NCBI GenBank assembly: GCA_964016885.1
Contig: OZ024740.1
Coordinates: forward strand, 90,830,001 to 90,894,000
From: Eledone cirrhosa
Taxonomy: Eukaryota
Direction of reading: 5' to 3'
DNA length: 64,000 nucleotides
Below are positions 38,740-51,595 of the stretch, piece after piece (positions within the stretch are counted from its first letter, which is position 1; every line of letters begins with the position of its first letter). The notes below the pieces were generated by a model that made no database searches, had not been told where the DNA came from, and worked only from the letters and a program-made list of their open reading frames with translations. Both the position numbers and the translations under genes were made by a program.

Positions 38740-39739
38740 CGTAATTTTCCCGTTCCAATAATTCGACCCGTTTGCCGGCCGGTTTTACCTTTGTAAAATT
38801 CAGTGTTTTGTGTGTGAATATGTGTGTTGTATTTATATTTATGTTGCTTTGTATATGCGTATACAATTTTTTTTTATTCTGAATTGTTTTTAATCTGATT
38901 TTGATGTTGGCGTCAGTCAGTTTTGAATATTTTAAATATGTCTACGATATTATGAAAACAATATATGAATTATAAACGTAAATATGAAAACATGCATAGT
39001 GTAAAATATAGCTACTATTACTATAATTGAATTGGAGTGGAGAAAATACTACAATAAATATCAATAAATAGTTCGTTACTACTATTTCCTCGTTAAGTAT
39101 TCGGGACGATGTTTCGTTTGAATCGACAATATATTTTAATCAGCTCCTCTACGATATTGTTAAACTATGTAGTAGAATAAATTGAAGCTGACGAACAGGT
39201 ATATTTTGTCAGTATCGCATTCATACTCACGAACATGAACATAAGTCACATTCACGCCTGTCTCTTACTGCCGTTTACTTGTGTTGGCATATATACAGAA
39301 CGGGAGACACTAATGTATCAGGGTGATTACCCTTCATCCGTACTCTATACAGCTCACCTGCCAACATGACAACACAAGAGCAAGAATTGCGGTGTCATTC
39401 TACTTACCCGACTTAAAGAGGCTCTTTGCATAATTGCAAACGAATCTAATATATTATTAGTATTAGAAAAGCTCAGATTTACGTTTCTTGTTTCAGCCAT
39501 GTAGAGCGATAACACTATTTGTTAGTTATTTAACTATGGCAAAGCCGGCTACTAATCGCTTGTATACAGGAAACTGACTGGACTATCTCCTGATACGCAA
39601 ATCTGGCTCATCAGTGGGTCTGCTAATATGGAGATCTAATGAACAGCCAGTTTTCTAAAATGTATATCAGGCCGATCAGTCAGTGTATATTTCAGAATCT
39701 ATCATATAGTTTCACTAGGACTGAGACTTGGTAGGTAGG

Positions 39740-39796
39740 CAGTATACGGTACTGATGAAGGGCAAACACCCAGAAACATTGCTGTCTGTCATTCTG
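39740..39796 (+). ncRNA. Degenerate hammerhead motif
   Basis: CTGATGA-AGGG/CCCA-GAAAC-ATTGCT-GTC. Stem I is weak. Confidence 0.4.
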
Positions 39797-40564
39797 TTAT
39801 ATGACAATACATGGCTTAATGAGGTTGTTGGCATAATTGCGAATTAAATATTAATATTAATATACGAAAACCTCAGATTTACATTTCTTTTATATTTATG
39901 TATCTATCTATTGTATATATGTAGTAAAAGCGTAGGACCGGATGACGACCCTTTCTGCAGAGACTGCTCCAGAAACCTTTTGGACCACCCCCCCTCCCTT
40001 ATTTAAAGTCATATCTAATGAGGCACATTTTTTTCCTAACCATATAGCTCCGAAATATAAGAACGCGAGGCCACTACAAAAGCGAGCAAATTTGAACTCT
40101 GAAACTCTACGCGCACGAAAAATGTGGCAAATGCGTACACACGTATGCCGTTCTATTAATCGCGTCTCACATTTCTGATGTTATCCATACACCATCAACA
40201 TTCCATTTCACCAACCCTCTGTCTAACACCCCATGTCGCACATTTCCCTGATATCTCATCATTCATTGCCCCTGTAAGCACGTCAAGAATGTGGACATTT
40301 TGTCAGACTGGCAACCCACGAGTAAACTTACCCATCTGTTTTTATTCACCAGGAGAAGGCAGCAGATATAGATGCTCACCTGACTGCAAACAGAGCAGCC
40401 CTCGAAGGGATTAATGTTGTTCTACTTTTCATCAGACGAGACACTTTCCCACCATTTTGTTAGTTTAATTTAAAAAAAAACTTGACTTCTAACTTTTTTA
40501 TAATCGAATATTTTGTGTGCATACGTATGTATGTATGTATGTATATATATATATATATATATAT

Positions 40565-41171
40565 AAGCAAATTATAAACGTAAACATGTAAGTATGTTTT
40601 TGAAACGGTGCGCGAGTTTGAAATTAGAAATTAGAAATTATAAGCTTTCACCGTATTTTAGACTAAAGAAATTTCTAGCCTGATAGTGGGGTTTATAACC
40701 CTCGGAGAAATGGAAAAAGATGAGTGTTGCCGTACATGGGAATCGAACCCACATCTTTGGTTATCCAGACCACTGTGCTACCACTACACCAATACACATC
40801 CCATCTCCTTCCATTCGAATTAGAAGCTATGAACTTAGCAAGTAAATGATAAACAAGCAAATTATAAACGTAAACATGTAAGTATGTTTTTGAAACTCGC
40901 GCACCGTTTCATAAACATACTTACATGTTTACATTTATAATTTGCTTGTTTATCATTTACCTGCTAAGTTCATAGCTTCTAATTCGAATGGAAGGAGATG
41001 GGATGTGTATTGGTGTAATGGTAGCACAGTGGTCTGGATAACCAACGATGTGGGTCCGACTCCCATGTACGGCAACACTCATCTTTTTCCATTTCTCCGA
41101 GGGTTATAAACCCCACTATCAGGCTAGAAATTTCTTTAGTCTAAAATACGGTGAAAGCTTATAATTTCTAA

Positions 41172-41179
<8 letters not shown>
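40565..41179. mobile_element. Palindromic element with a tRNA-like segment in each arm
   Basis: Arms 40623-40896 and 40906-41179 are near-perfect reverse complements. A-box TGGTGTAATGG and B-box GGTTCGATTCC occur at ~41002-41074 (+, B-box mutated) and ~40727-40800 (-). Confidence 0.85.
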
Positions 41180-41217
<38 letters not shown>

Positions 41218-41261
41218 CCTTTCCTGACCGCCGAAATGCGATTCTCGCTGAATTTTATTTG

Positions 41262-41359
<98 letters not shown>

Positions 41360-41364
41360 TATAT

Positions 41365-41668
<304 letters not shown>

Positions 41669-42103
41669 TATAGTTGCATGGTTGAATGAAACATGTGTCC
41701 GTAGGCGATGTGCCGGTTGAACACTCGGTGCTTGCGCAGATTATTATACTATAACGATAAGGAATAATGATTTAGTGCTGCATGATAACATATCTAATAA
41801 CATATTGGAAGAGACTTTCGCCTTACTGCAGATAGAGAGCCACACCGACGCACCAGAGGTGAAGATTCACCCTCCAGATTTCTAAGACAGATATGAAAAT
41901 CCAATATGGGCACCCAGACCCGCCATCAATTTCGGGCGCATTGTGGGAACTGCGAATAACCCCAACTTTTCCGGGTCTTACCGGATATTGCAGCTAGTAC
42001 TTAGATATGTATATATAATTATTTATATCTATATCTATATATATACCTATATATATATATATCTTGCGCCCTCTCTCTCCGTCTCTCGCTCTCTCTCCCT
42101 CTT

Positions 42104-42217
<114 letters not shown>

Positions 42218-42222
42218 TATGC

Positions 42223-42324
<102 letters not shown>

Positions 42325-42975
42325 GGGGGGGTATATGTATATAGATATAGATATAGATGTATATATGTTTAAACACGTTTATTTGATCTGTATGTGTGAT
42401 TAGAAATATAATTGTCCCTTAGGTAATTTAATTACATTTTGAATGGACGAATACAAGAGAGTGAATAGCATGTCAAAGACAATGTTTTCTGTTTTGAAAA
42501 CAATTAATATGATGGTGCAGAATCATGCAAATCAATATTCATCAATGGATTTTCAACACAATAAATATAAATTGTTGTAGCCTACTATTTCTTCTGTATG
42601 TACATATATAACAATATTTATTTAAACAAATACAATAAATAAAACAATAAGCATTATTAAATGTTGAATCATATAGATAGACGAATAAAACATCGCAATT
42701 TTATTGTCATCCCTAATATGTATATTGGAACTGAGTTTTCAATAGAATTCGTTACGAAACAAAGAATTGTGTTTCAATTAATAACTTTATTTGAATTTTA
42801 GTTGTAATCTGAATTGCCTGGCTAGTAATTATCCTGAATAATCTAATTTCAATTTTCTACGATATCAATTAAATATGGGCATTAAATAGATTTAAATATT
42901 TCTAGGAAATTCTTCATATAATTACGATTACAGATATTTCAAAACAAACGTAATCATATAGTATATATATTTATG

Positions 42976-43038
42976 CATATGTTCACATACATAGGCAGAT
43001 ATAGGGTTACGTACATACAAATACAATCTGACTTACGT

Positions 43039-43118
<80 letters not shown>

Positions 43119-43143
43119 TATATATATATATGCACACACATAT

Positions 43144-43181
<38 letters not shown>

Positions 43182-43245
43182 GCATATGTTCACACGCATA
43201 GGCACATATAGGAATACGTACATACAAATACAATCTGACTTACGT

Positions 43246-43250
<5 letters not shown>
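42976..43250 (+). repeat. Two ~65-bp direct repeats separated by (TA)n
   Basis: CATATGTTCAC...ATCTGACTTACGTTGA at ~42976 and ~43183. Confidence 0.8.
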
Positions 43251-43295
<45 letters not shown>

Positions 43296-43446
43296 ATGTA
43301 TGTATATATATATATATATATATATATACATACTACTGTACCTCTGTATACATATATGTGTGTACGTATACATACATACATACTTATATTTAAGTAAGTC
43401 CCGTACTAAGAGTGAGAGATGAAATTTCGTTTCATTCTATTCTATG

Positions 43447-43624
<178 letters not shown>

Positions 43625-44539
43625 CACACACCACACACATATATATATTTTTGTGTGTATGTATGCATGTCATATATATTTCGATGCCTTGAGCTTTTGC
43701 CGGAGTGCTAATGAACAACATCCGTTACCAATTCTTCTTTTGAAAATAATATCAAGGACAGAATTATCAGACACATCTAATGATACATTAATAGTATATT
43801 TACTCTAGGAATTGAGTAATATGTACATTGTTCGAACTATTATTCGCTCGTAATTATATATGTATATATATATGTGTGTGTGAGTATTTGAGTAAGAGAA
43901 ATTGAGAGTGAATGTATACGTCTGTGTTTGCGCTTGCGTGTATATTTGTTTATGCATGTATGCGTGTGTATTTTGCGTATGTCGACACGGTGACAGTTAA
44001 TACCACATACTTTGATCATTACCTGTTTCCGATTAAATATGAAGCGACTCCATTTTACATCTAATATTTAGTGGTGCGTCTATTTGGTTATCCTCAGATT
44101 CCATATATATATGGTGCATGTATATTTTTTCTTGATTATTATTGTTGCGTTCCATAATAACGTGTGTCATTATAAATGTCATTCAATGGCAGACTGTATT
44201 ATAGGCTGTGATTATAAAAATGTATCTGAGCATTACGTTTAAATATTTAGGACATGGTCCAGTCTAAGCAAAATGATTTCGTATCGCAACACTAGCTTTT
44301 ATTGATTTTTACATATTTTGAAGAGAAGAGAATGCCGACATAAATTGTAGTTTTTCTATTTAATATAATACAAAACGCTGTATATTCCTGTCTCATACAT
44401 TAATTGTTACGCTGTCATATCAAATCTATTATATATAGGTACTTATATGGGGAAAATTAACGGCTTTGACACCGAACAGTTGTTTACGTGGTATCGCAGT
44501 ATGAACAATATTTGATTTTACTTCTTTAAGAAATTAAAC

Positions 44540-45160
44540 ATTCAGCAACTGATCTGCAAGACTTTCTGAATGTACTGGCCAAACGTTAGCTGTAGGCTGG
44601 CTTGCGCGTCAACATCTCCAAAACAAAGTGTTTGACAACTGATGGAAACAATGCCAATCTCCAACTCACAATCTACAAGCACCAAATTGCTCAAGTTACA
44701 GGGTTGAATATCTCGGTCTCAAACTATCATCAAACAACAGGGGAATGGTTGCTGCGCAGAATTGCACCACTCTAGGTTGGGCAGCTTTCAATAAAAAAAT
44801 GAAGTATGAATATCAAAACGAAATTCATACCAGTTTTATTATATGGTCTTTACTGTGTTAATTGGAAGACAAAGTCACTTTGGAAGCTCTCTACTTTACA
44901 GAACCACATCCAGAGACTTATATCTGGCAAGCGGCTCGGCGACCAAATCCACATTAGTGAGCTGCTAAACATTACCAGACTTAGACCAATTACATCAATT
45001 GTCACGTAAAGAGTATTCAAACTATACGGTCATATAAAAAGTTTAACTCGTGGTGTGAGTAGTTTATGCCAGGGAAGAAGTTTGGCTAGAAAGAGAAGCA
45101 GAGGCCGGCAGCAAAAACATGGCTTGATAATGTCAACCTATGGACTGGATTCAATCTTTT
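44540..45160 (+). pseudogene. Decayed RTE-like LINE 3' fragment
   Basis: Translatable remnants GLRVNISKTK, IPVLLYG...W and RSRGRQQKTWLDNV, typical of RTE ORF ends. Confidence 0.6.
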
Positions 45161-45240
45161 CTCTTTGAGCTCTGCTCTTTGTGGAGAAAAATATCTCATG
45201 TTGATGCGTAGTCTGTCTGCAACTGGGTCCCAAGTTCATA

Positions 45241-47205
45241 TTGAAAGAGAGACTGGACGACAGACTATGGCTCGACATAGAAACGAATTTGTGTCGGGCT
45301 GCCTACCAACTGAAATGGATATCGACTCTCGACAACAACACCACGGAATCCACCACACCCAGATTCCCGATATACAAACTAGATCGCCCACTCTATCCAC
45401 CGCCCGCCAACCGCGAGCTGGAAGAAAAACTCTCGAGACTAAAACATTCCGTATTTAACATCTTACGGAAACAGAAGAAGATGGCCCCAAACCTCTCCAG
45501 GACACAACAACTCGCCCTGAAGAACCTACGGAATAAGGAACTTATTTACTTACCATCCGACAAAGGTAAAGAGTTCTGCGTCATCTCTCAAGCCACATAC
45601 AATAACCTAGCCTTCGAACACCTAAGCGACAGTGAATTATACACAGTGATCCCATACATGACTGCAGCCCAAATCGAAAAACAGACCAACTCCATTTGGT
45701 TCGATATCTGTAGGAGAAGACAACTCACGAATAAAGTTAAGCTCAACTACACCACTAGAAATAGCAGACTGCCCACTTTCTACCACCTCATCAAGACCCA
45801 CAAGAATAGCACTAAGACGCAAATAAGACCCATCGTCTCTAGCATAGAAGGACCCCTATACAACATTTCCTGGCTTCTCTCCCAGGTCCTCAAGCCTCTA
45901 CTCTCCACCTTCCCCGGACATGTCAGTAGCTCCGACGAAGTTATACGTAGACTACACCAACTCCAGCCAGAACAACTTAAACTAAATAAATACGCTTTTA
46001 GCCTCGACGTTGTCTCCCTCTACACTACAGTCCCCGCTCACCCAGCTGTCGATTTATTGACGGACTGCGTGGTCGCAGAGAACATCCACAGCTACGGCCT
46101 CCATCCGACGGACATACACCAGCTTTTGTCCTTCACAGTAGACAACATGTACTTCACCTTCCACCACCACACATACAGACAGACAACACGATTACCCATT
46201 GGATCCAGCCTTTCGGGCCTGCTGGCCATCACCTACATGAACCAGCTAGAATGCCGAGCCCTCAACACCTGCCATTCCCATGCCTTCTTCACCCGATATG
46301 TAGATGACATACTCATCCTTACATCATCCCGTGAGGAGGCAGAGAAAATATACACAACATTCTCCAGCATGGACGCCAGTATAAAGTTCAGCATGGAACA
46401 CCCCGATGACCGCGGATCCCTATCCCTACTGGACTTCCAACTCAGGGTAACAGAGGAAGGCAACATCTACACCCGCTTCTATAAAAAATCCGCCAGCAGG
46501 GACCTGTTCGTACATTTCAGATCGGCCCTCCCACTCGGTGCCAAGTTCGGATACATAAAGAACGAACTGGCACGTATCAAGAACAAATGCACCGACGCCA
46601 GAGACCGAGACACACACACCACACATTTCCTGGAAGTACTCAAACTGAACGGATACACGACATCCACCACAAACGGTGCCAGAAAGAACAGAGGACACCA
46701 CACCCGAGGCACTAACACTTGCTTCCTGAAGCTCCCACACTTCAGTGAAGAAACAACAACAGCCATCCGCAGAGCCATCAGACGAGAGGGACTGTATATC
46801 CAACTGGCCCACTCGGGTCCTTCTCTGCGCGGACGGCTGGCCAAGAGACACTCCACCAGACATGACAACTGCTGCAGACTAGCCAACTACCCCATCAACG
46901 ACACAGACCTATGCCACCAGGCTTACGTAGTATACAGACTAGAATGTGACAAATGCAACAACTTCTACGTAGGTAGCACCACCAGACCACTCCACATAAG
47001 AATAAAAGAACACCTCAATACTAACGCTTCCTCATTTCAGAAACACCTAGTTAAATGCAAAAACACCGATAAAAACATAACAGTTAGGATAGAAACTAAG
47101 GAAAGAAACCTTGGCAATCTTAGAATTAAGGAAGCACTTATCATAGATAAAACACATCCTCCAATCAATAATAGACTAGAGCTCAACACCCAATTTATAA
47201 CCTGA
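45241..47205 (+). CDS. Penelope-like RT + GIY-YIG endonuclease, 654 aa, probably 5'-truncated
   Basis: SDKG, KTHK, RPIVS, LDVVSLYT, YVDD, LLD; VVY..ECDKC..YVGST..R..EH. No upstream ATG or pLTR. The 3' UTR runs to ~47763. Confidence 0.9.
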   Translation: MKERLDDRLWLDIETNLCRAAYQLKWISTLDNNTTESTTPRFPIYKLDRPLYPPPANRELEEKLSRLKHSVFNILRKQKKMAPNLSRTQQLALKNLRNKELIYLPSDKGKEFCVISQATYNNLAFEHLSDSELYTVIPYMTAAQIEKQTNSIWFDICRRRQLTNKVKLNYTTRNSRLPTFYHLIKTHKNSTKTQIRPIVSSIEGPLYNISWLLSQVLKPLLSTFPGHVSSSDEVIRRLHQLQPEQLKLNKYAFSLDVVSLYTTVPAHPAVDLLTDCVVAENIHSYGLHPTDIHQLLSFTVDNMYFTFHHHTYRQTTRLPIGSSLSGLLAITYMNQLECRALNTCHSHAFFTRYVDDILILTSSREEAEKIYTTFSSMDASIKFSMEHPDDRGSLSLLDFQLRVTEEGNIYTRFYKKSASRDLFVHFRSALPLGAKFGYIKNELARIKNKCTDARDRDTHTTHFLEVLKLNGYTTSTTNGARKNRGHHTRGTNTCFLKLPHFSEETTTAIRRAIRREGLYIQLAHSGPSLRGRLAKRHSTRHDNCCRLANYPINDTDLCHQAYVVYRLECDKCNNFYVGSTTRPLHIRIKEHLNTNASSFQKHLVKCKNTDKNITVRIETKERNLGNLRIKEALIIDKTHPPINNRLELNTQFIT

Positions 47206-47839
47206 TAGGGCCTCTAGCCCCATATTTACACACCCCACACACACGCACGCGCACGCACGCACGCTTACACCCCCACTTATTCTCTCTCACACATACACAC
47301 ACGAAACCAGTTCTAACACCAGATAACACCTACCCCCAACTTTTACGATTATACCTAACTTCCCACACTCACATACACACACCCACATACCTACACCTTC
47401 ATGCATTCTCCCACACACATATACAGGCACGTATATAAAATAAAAAAAATAAAAATAAAAAAAACCCTAAACAGACCCCTCTTAAAGGGAGACTACTCTT
47501 TATCCATCTAATTTTAATTCTTTGATATTAGAGTTAGAACAGATACTCTATACTATTTCCGGTCAGCATTGCTTGGCTAGAGATTTAAGACGATGGTTTG
47601 AGACCTTTATTTCCCTCCGAAGAAGAGATATTATCTCGAAAATTAAGGACATTTAAATAAATTCAAGGTGAAAGACGAATTCTCAACAATCTTTTACTAT
47701 TGCATTCTTTTTTCTATGTCCATACCTGCATTGTTTTGGCCTTATTACACATATTCAAACGTTTATATATATATATATAAAATATTAAAAAAATAATGAA
47801 TAAAAAAATGAAACAGTTCCTTATATTAAACAAAAAAAG

Positions 47840-47991
47840 TTCATTATTTAACGATCGTTTCTAGGATATATGTGTTAGAATTGGCATGCATATTCAACAG
47901 ATCTATGTACAAAATTATACAAAATTATACAAACTATCAAAATTAAATATACATACCAACACATATATATGCCGTCTTCAGAAATAATGAA
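47840..47991 (-). ncRNA. Type I hammerhead, inverted copy of 59316-59469
   Basis: TTCATTATTT-AACGATCGTTTC at 47840 and TCTTCAG-AAATAATGAA at ~47975-47991 on +. Confidence 0.8.
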
Positions 47992-48581
47992 ATATATTTA
48001 TTGATAATAACAACAATTCAAAATTACAGGTCTGTTTGGGAACAGAGTTCAAATTGACCAATGAAAACACAAAAAGTTTATACAGTTAGGTGTGTGTATA
48101 TATGTAAGTAACTTCGTTCACAGATATGCATAAAAATATATCTTCACATGCATACGCATGCCGAAAAGATGTATGTAAATACAAAAATTCAGGGCTAATG
48201 TCTCTGTATGTTTATAATCTACAGATAAAATATATATACGCATATAAACATATAAATATAAAAATAAATATATACACATTCATATACTCACACATATACA
48301 TACATTCACACACACACGCGCGTATACGCATAAACATACACACAACCACGAACATACATACACACACACACACCCACACACATATATGTGTATATACTAT
48401 TATCATAAGCATATGGACATTAATGCGCGCACGTAAACACTGCCACACATATTTAGATCCAGATACAGAAAGTAGGTGGGGGGGAAGAGGTTATTATTTA
48501 CTGGTGTCAGCAAACTGCCTATTTATAAATGTATCTATAAATTTAGAAATAAAAAGAAAAAGAAAAAAGAAAAATATTAAG

Positions 48582-48637
<56 letters not shown>

Positions 48638-48926
48638 CAAATAACGAAACGAAATTAAATTTCGTTTCGTTTGTAACTCACTTTTGTATGACTGACGCTT
48701 AAACAATTAAGTTAAAAAATGTACATCCACATATCTATACTGAAATACCAGTATGCATATGAATACACACACGTATACATATGTAGATGTACCAATTCTT
48801 TCACTGGTCACTTTACTGTGAGTGGCCAGCTATTCTGTATGTAAACACACAGACAAACCGGTTTTTAGAGTCATACTGGTTTTTGAGGAAACACCTTTCC
48901 TCTATTCGCCAGAAAGCCAGACAAGG

Positions 48927-48971
48927 AATATTGAACTAGTTTCGATGTTGTTACAACTCATCAGCAATATT
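48927..48971 (-). ncRNA. Minimal type I hammerhead (GUU site)
   Basis: On -: AATATTG-CTGATGA-GTTGT AACA ACATC-GAAAC-TA-GTT-CAATATT. Confidence 0.8.
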
Positions 48972-49391
48972 TACCTATCTACCGGCCTTTCTGGAGAATC
49001 GTAAAAGCACATATCGTTATATGCTTTTTCTATGAAAATTAGTAGTGGGCAGACTAATTTGCATAGAGTGTGAGTACGTACCGGTTCAACGGAGACGATA
49101 AAAACAAATAACGAAACGAAATTAAATTTCGTTTCGTTTGTAACTCACTTTTGTATGACTGACGCTTAAACAATTAAGTTAAAAAATGTACATCCACATA
49201 TGTATACTGAAATACTAGTATGCATATGAATACACACACGTATACATATGTAGATGTACCAAGTCTTTCACTGGTCACTTTACTGTGAGTGGCCAGCTAT
49301 TCTGTATGTAAACACAGACAAACTGGTTTTTAGAGTCATACTGGTTTTTGAGGAAACACCTTTCCTCTATTCGCCAGAAAGCCAGACAAGG

Positions 49392-49436
49392 AATATTGAA
49401 CTAGTTACGTTGTTGTTACAACTCATCAGCAATATT
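49392..49436 (-). ncRNA. Second hammerhead copy, core mutated (GAAA->GTAA)
   Basis: On -: AATATTG-CTGATGA-GTTGT AACA ACAAC-GTAAC-TA-GTT-CAATATT. Confidence 0.7.
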
Positions 49437-50551
49437 TACCTATCTACCGGCCTTTCTGGAGAATCGTAAAAGCACATATCGTTATATGCTTTTTCTATGA
49501 AAATTAGTAGTGGGCAGACTAATTTGCATAGAGTGTGAGTACGTACCGGTTCAACGGAGACGATAAAAACAAATAACGAAGCGAAATTAAATTTCGTTTC
49601 GTTTGTAACTCACTTTTGTATGACTGACGCTTAAACAATTAAGTTAAAAAAATGTACATCCACATTAATTGTTTATATATATATATATAAACAAGTAAAA
49701 TAAAAAATATACATCGATATACATACATATATATATGTATATAGATATATATATATATACATACATATACATACACATATACATAAACACATACATACAC
49801 ATACATATACATACACACACCATATATATACACATACACATACACACACGCATACATATAGAGACACATACATATACACATATAAATACATAGACATATA
49901 CATATATACACACATATATATATATACACACATACATATATACATACATTCACAACACACATATATATATATATATACATATATATCTATACACATATAT
50001 AAACACACTCATGTATATACACATATACACATACATACCGACAAATATATATATATATATATACACACACATATATGATAAATATATATATATATATATA
50101 TACACATATATATATACATACATATATATACATACTCATACATAGACATACATATATACACACACACATACACACATACATATACGCATATATACACATA
50201 CAGACATACATATACGCATATATACACATACATACACATCCATGTATGCGTATACACATACAAACACAACCACACGCTCACACAACTCAGACATACATAA
50301 ATAAAAGGATATACATACACATATATACATATATAAATAGAGATATATATACACATATAAATATATACACACATACACACACACACACATATACATACAC
50401 ACACATACATACATACATATATATACACGCATATATATACATATATATATATATATACATACATATATATAAAAATAAAGAAATAAAAGAAATAAATAAA
50501 TAAATTAATTAATACACACAGTCAGACAAATATGCACACACATACATATAC

Positions 50552-50589
<38 letters not shown>

Positions 50590-50626
50590 ATACACATATA
50601 TATACACATACACACATCAACTACAA

Positions 50627-50675
<49 letters not shown>

Positions 50676-50788
50676 CACTCACATATACATGCGCATATAC
50701 GTACATATATACACATACACACATATACACATAGACGTATATATGCGCATGCATATACATACACACATATACCCACATAAATACATAG

Positions 50789-50845
<57 letters not shown>

Positions 50846-51506
50846 ATCATACACCCTTATTTACATGCGCACATATGTATTTTTATACTCACATACAAAC
50901 ACCCAAACATACATACCTACCTACATATATATACATACATCCACGCTTACAAATACAAATAATAATAGGGGGATGGAGGAGGGGGAGTGGGGGGGGACAG
51001 GATTAGAGTAAATATAGGTTTCAAGAAACATAGAATATTAATCTGCATTTAGATCATAATATGTGTTTACATAGTAGTTTCAGTATTAGGAAATGTAAGA
51101 AAGAGGGCAAAATTATGCATTTTAATATAAGTAGACTATTAATTATAGGTTAACTAAATTAAAGATAGTTAATATATTGATTTCTAAGGTATATACTACT
51201 TAGGTTTATAATATTTGAAGCGGAATTTTGAAGTTAAATAGTAGTAGAGTATTAATTATAGTATAACTAAATTAAAATTATTAACGTTATGCTATCAATA
51301 TTAGGAAATTAATTTAGTAATAGGGAAAAATACCAAATAAAGTATTACATCGGTAGTAGAATATAAATTATAGGTTAACTAAATTAAAAATTATATATTA
51401 ATTTCTATAGTATATGTTAATTAATTTTATAATAATTAAAACAGATATTGTATTTTATCTATAGTAGAATATAATTATAGGTAAGCAAAAATTAAAGTTA
51501 ATATAT

Positions 51507-51595
<89 letters not shown>

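Larger units (their letters stand above)
48632..49675 (-). mobile_element. Retrozyme-like tandem repeat (465-467-bp unit, ~2.2 copies)
   Basis: The unit restarts at 48638, 49105 and 49570, with one hammerhead per full unit. Inserted in (TA)n and absent from the sister arm (~58690). Confidence 0.85.

Noticed and set aside
39900-40450. Possible non-autonomous Helitron-like element
   Set aside because: Only a vague 5' resemblance; no 3' hairpin-CTAG end identified.
41002-41074. Functional tRNA gene
   Set aside because: Poor acceptor stem, an atypical GGA anticodon loop and location in a repeat; treated as tRNA-derived.
48632-49675. CRISPR array or bacterial retron-type system
   Set aside because: Whole units are repeated with no unique spacers or cas genes; all RTs here belong to eukaryotic retroelement classes.
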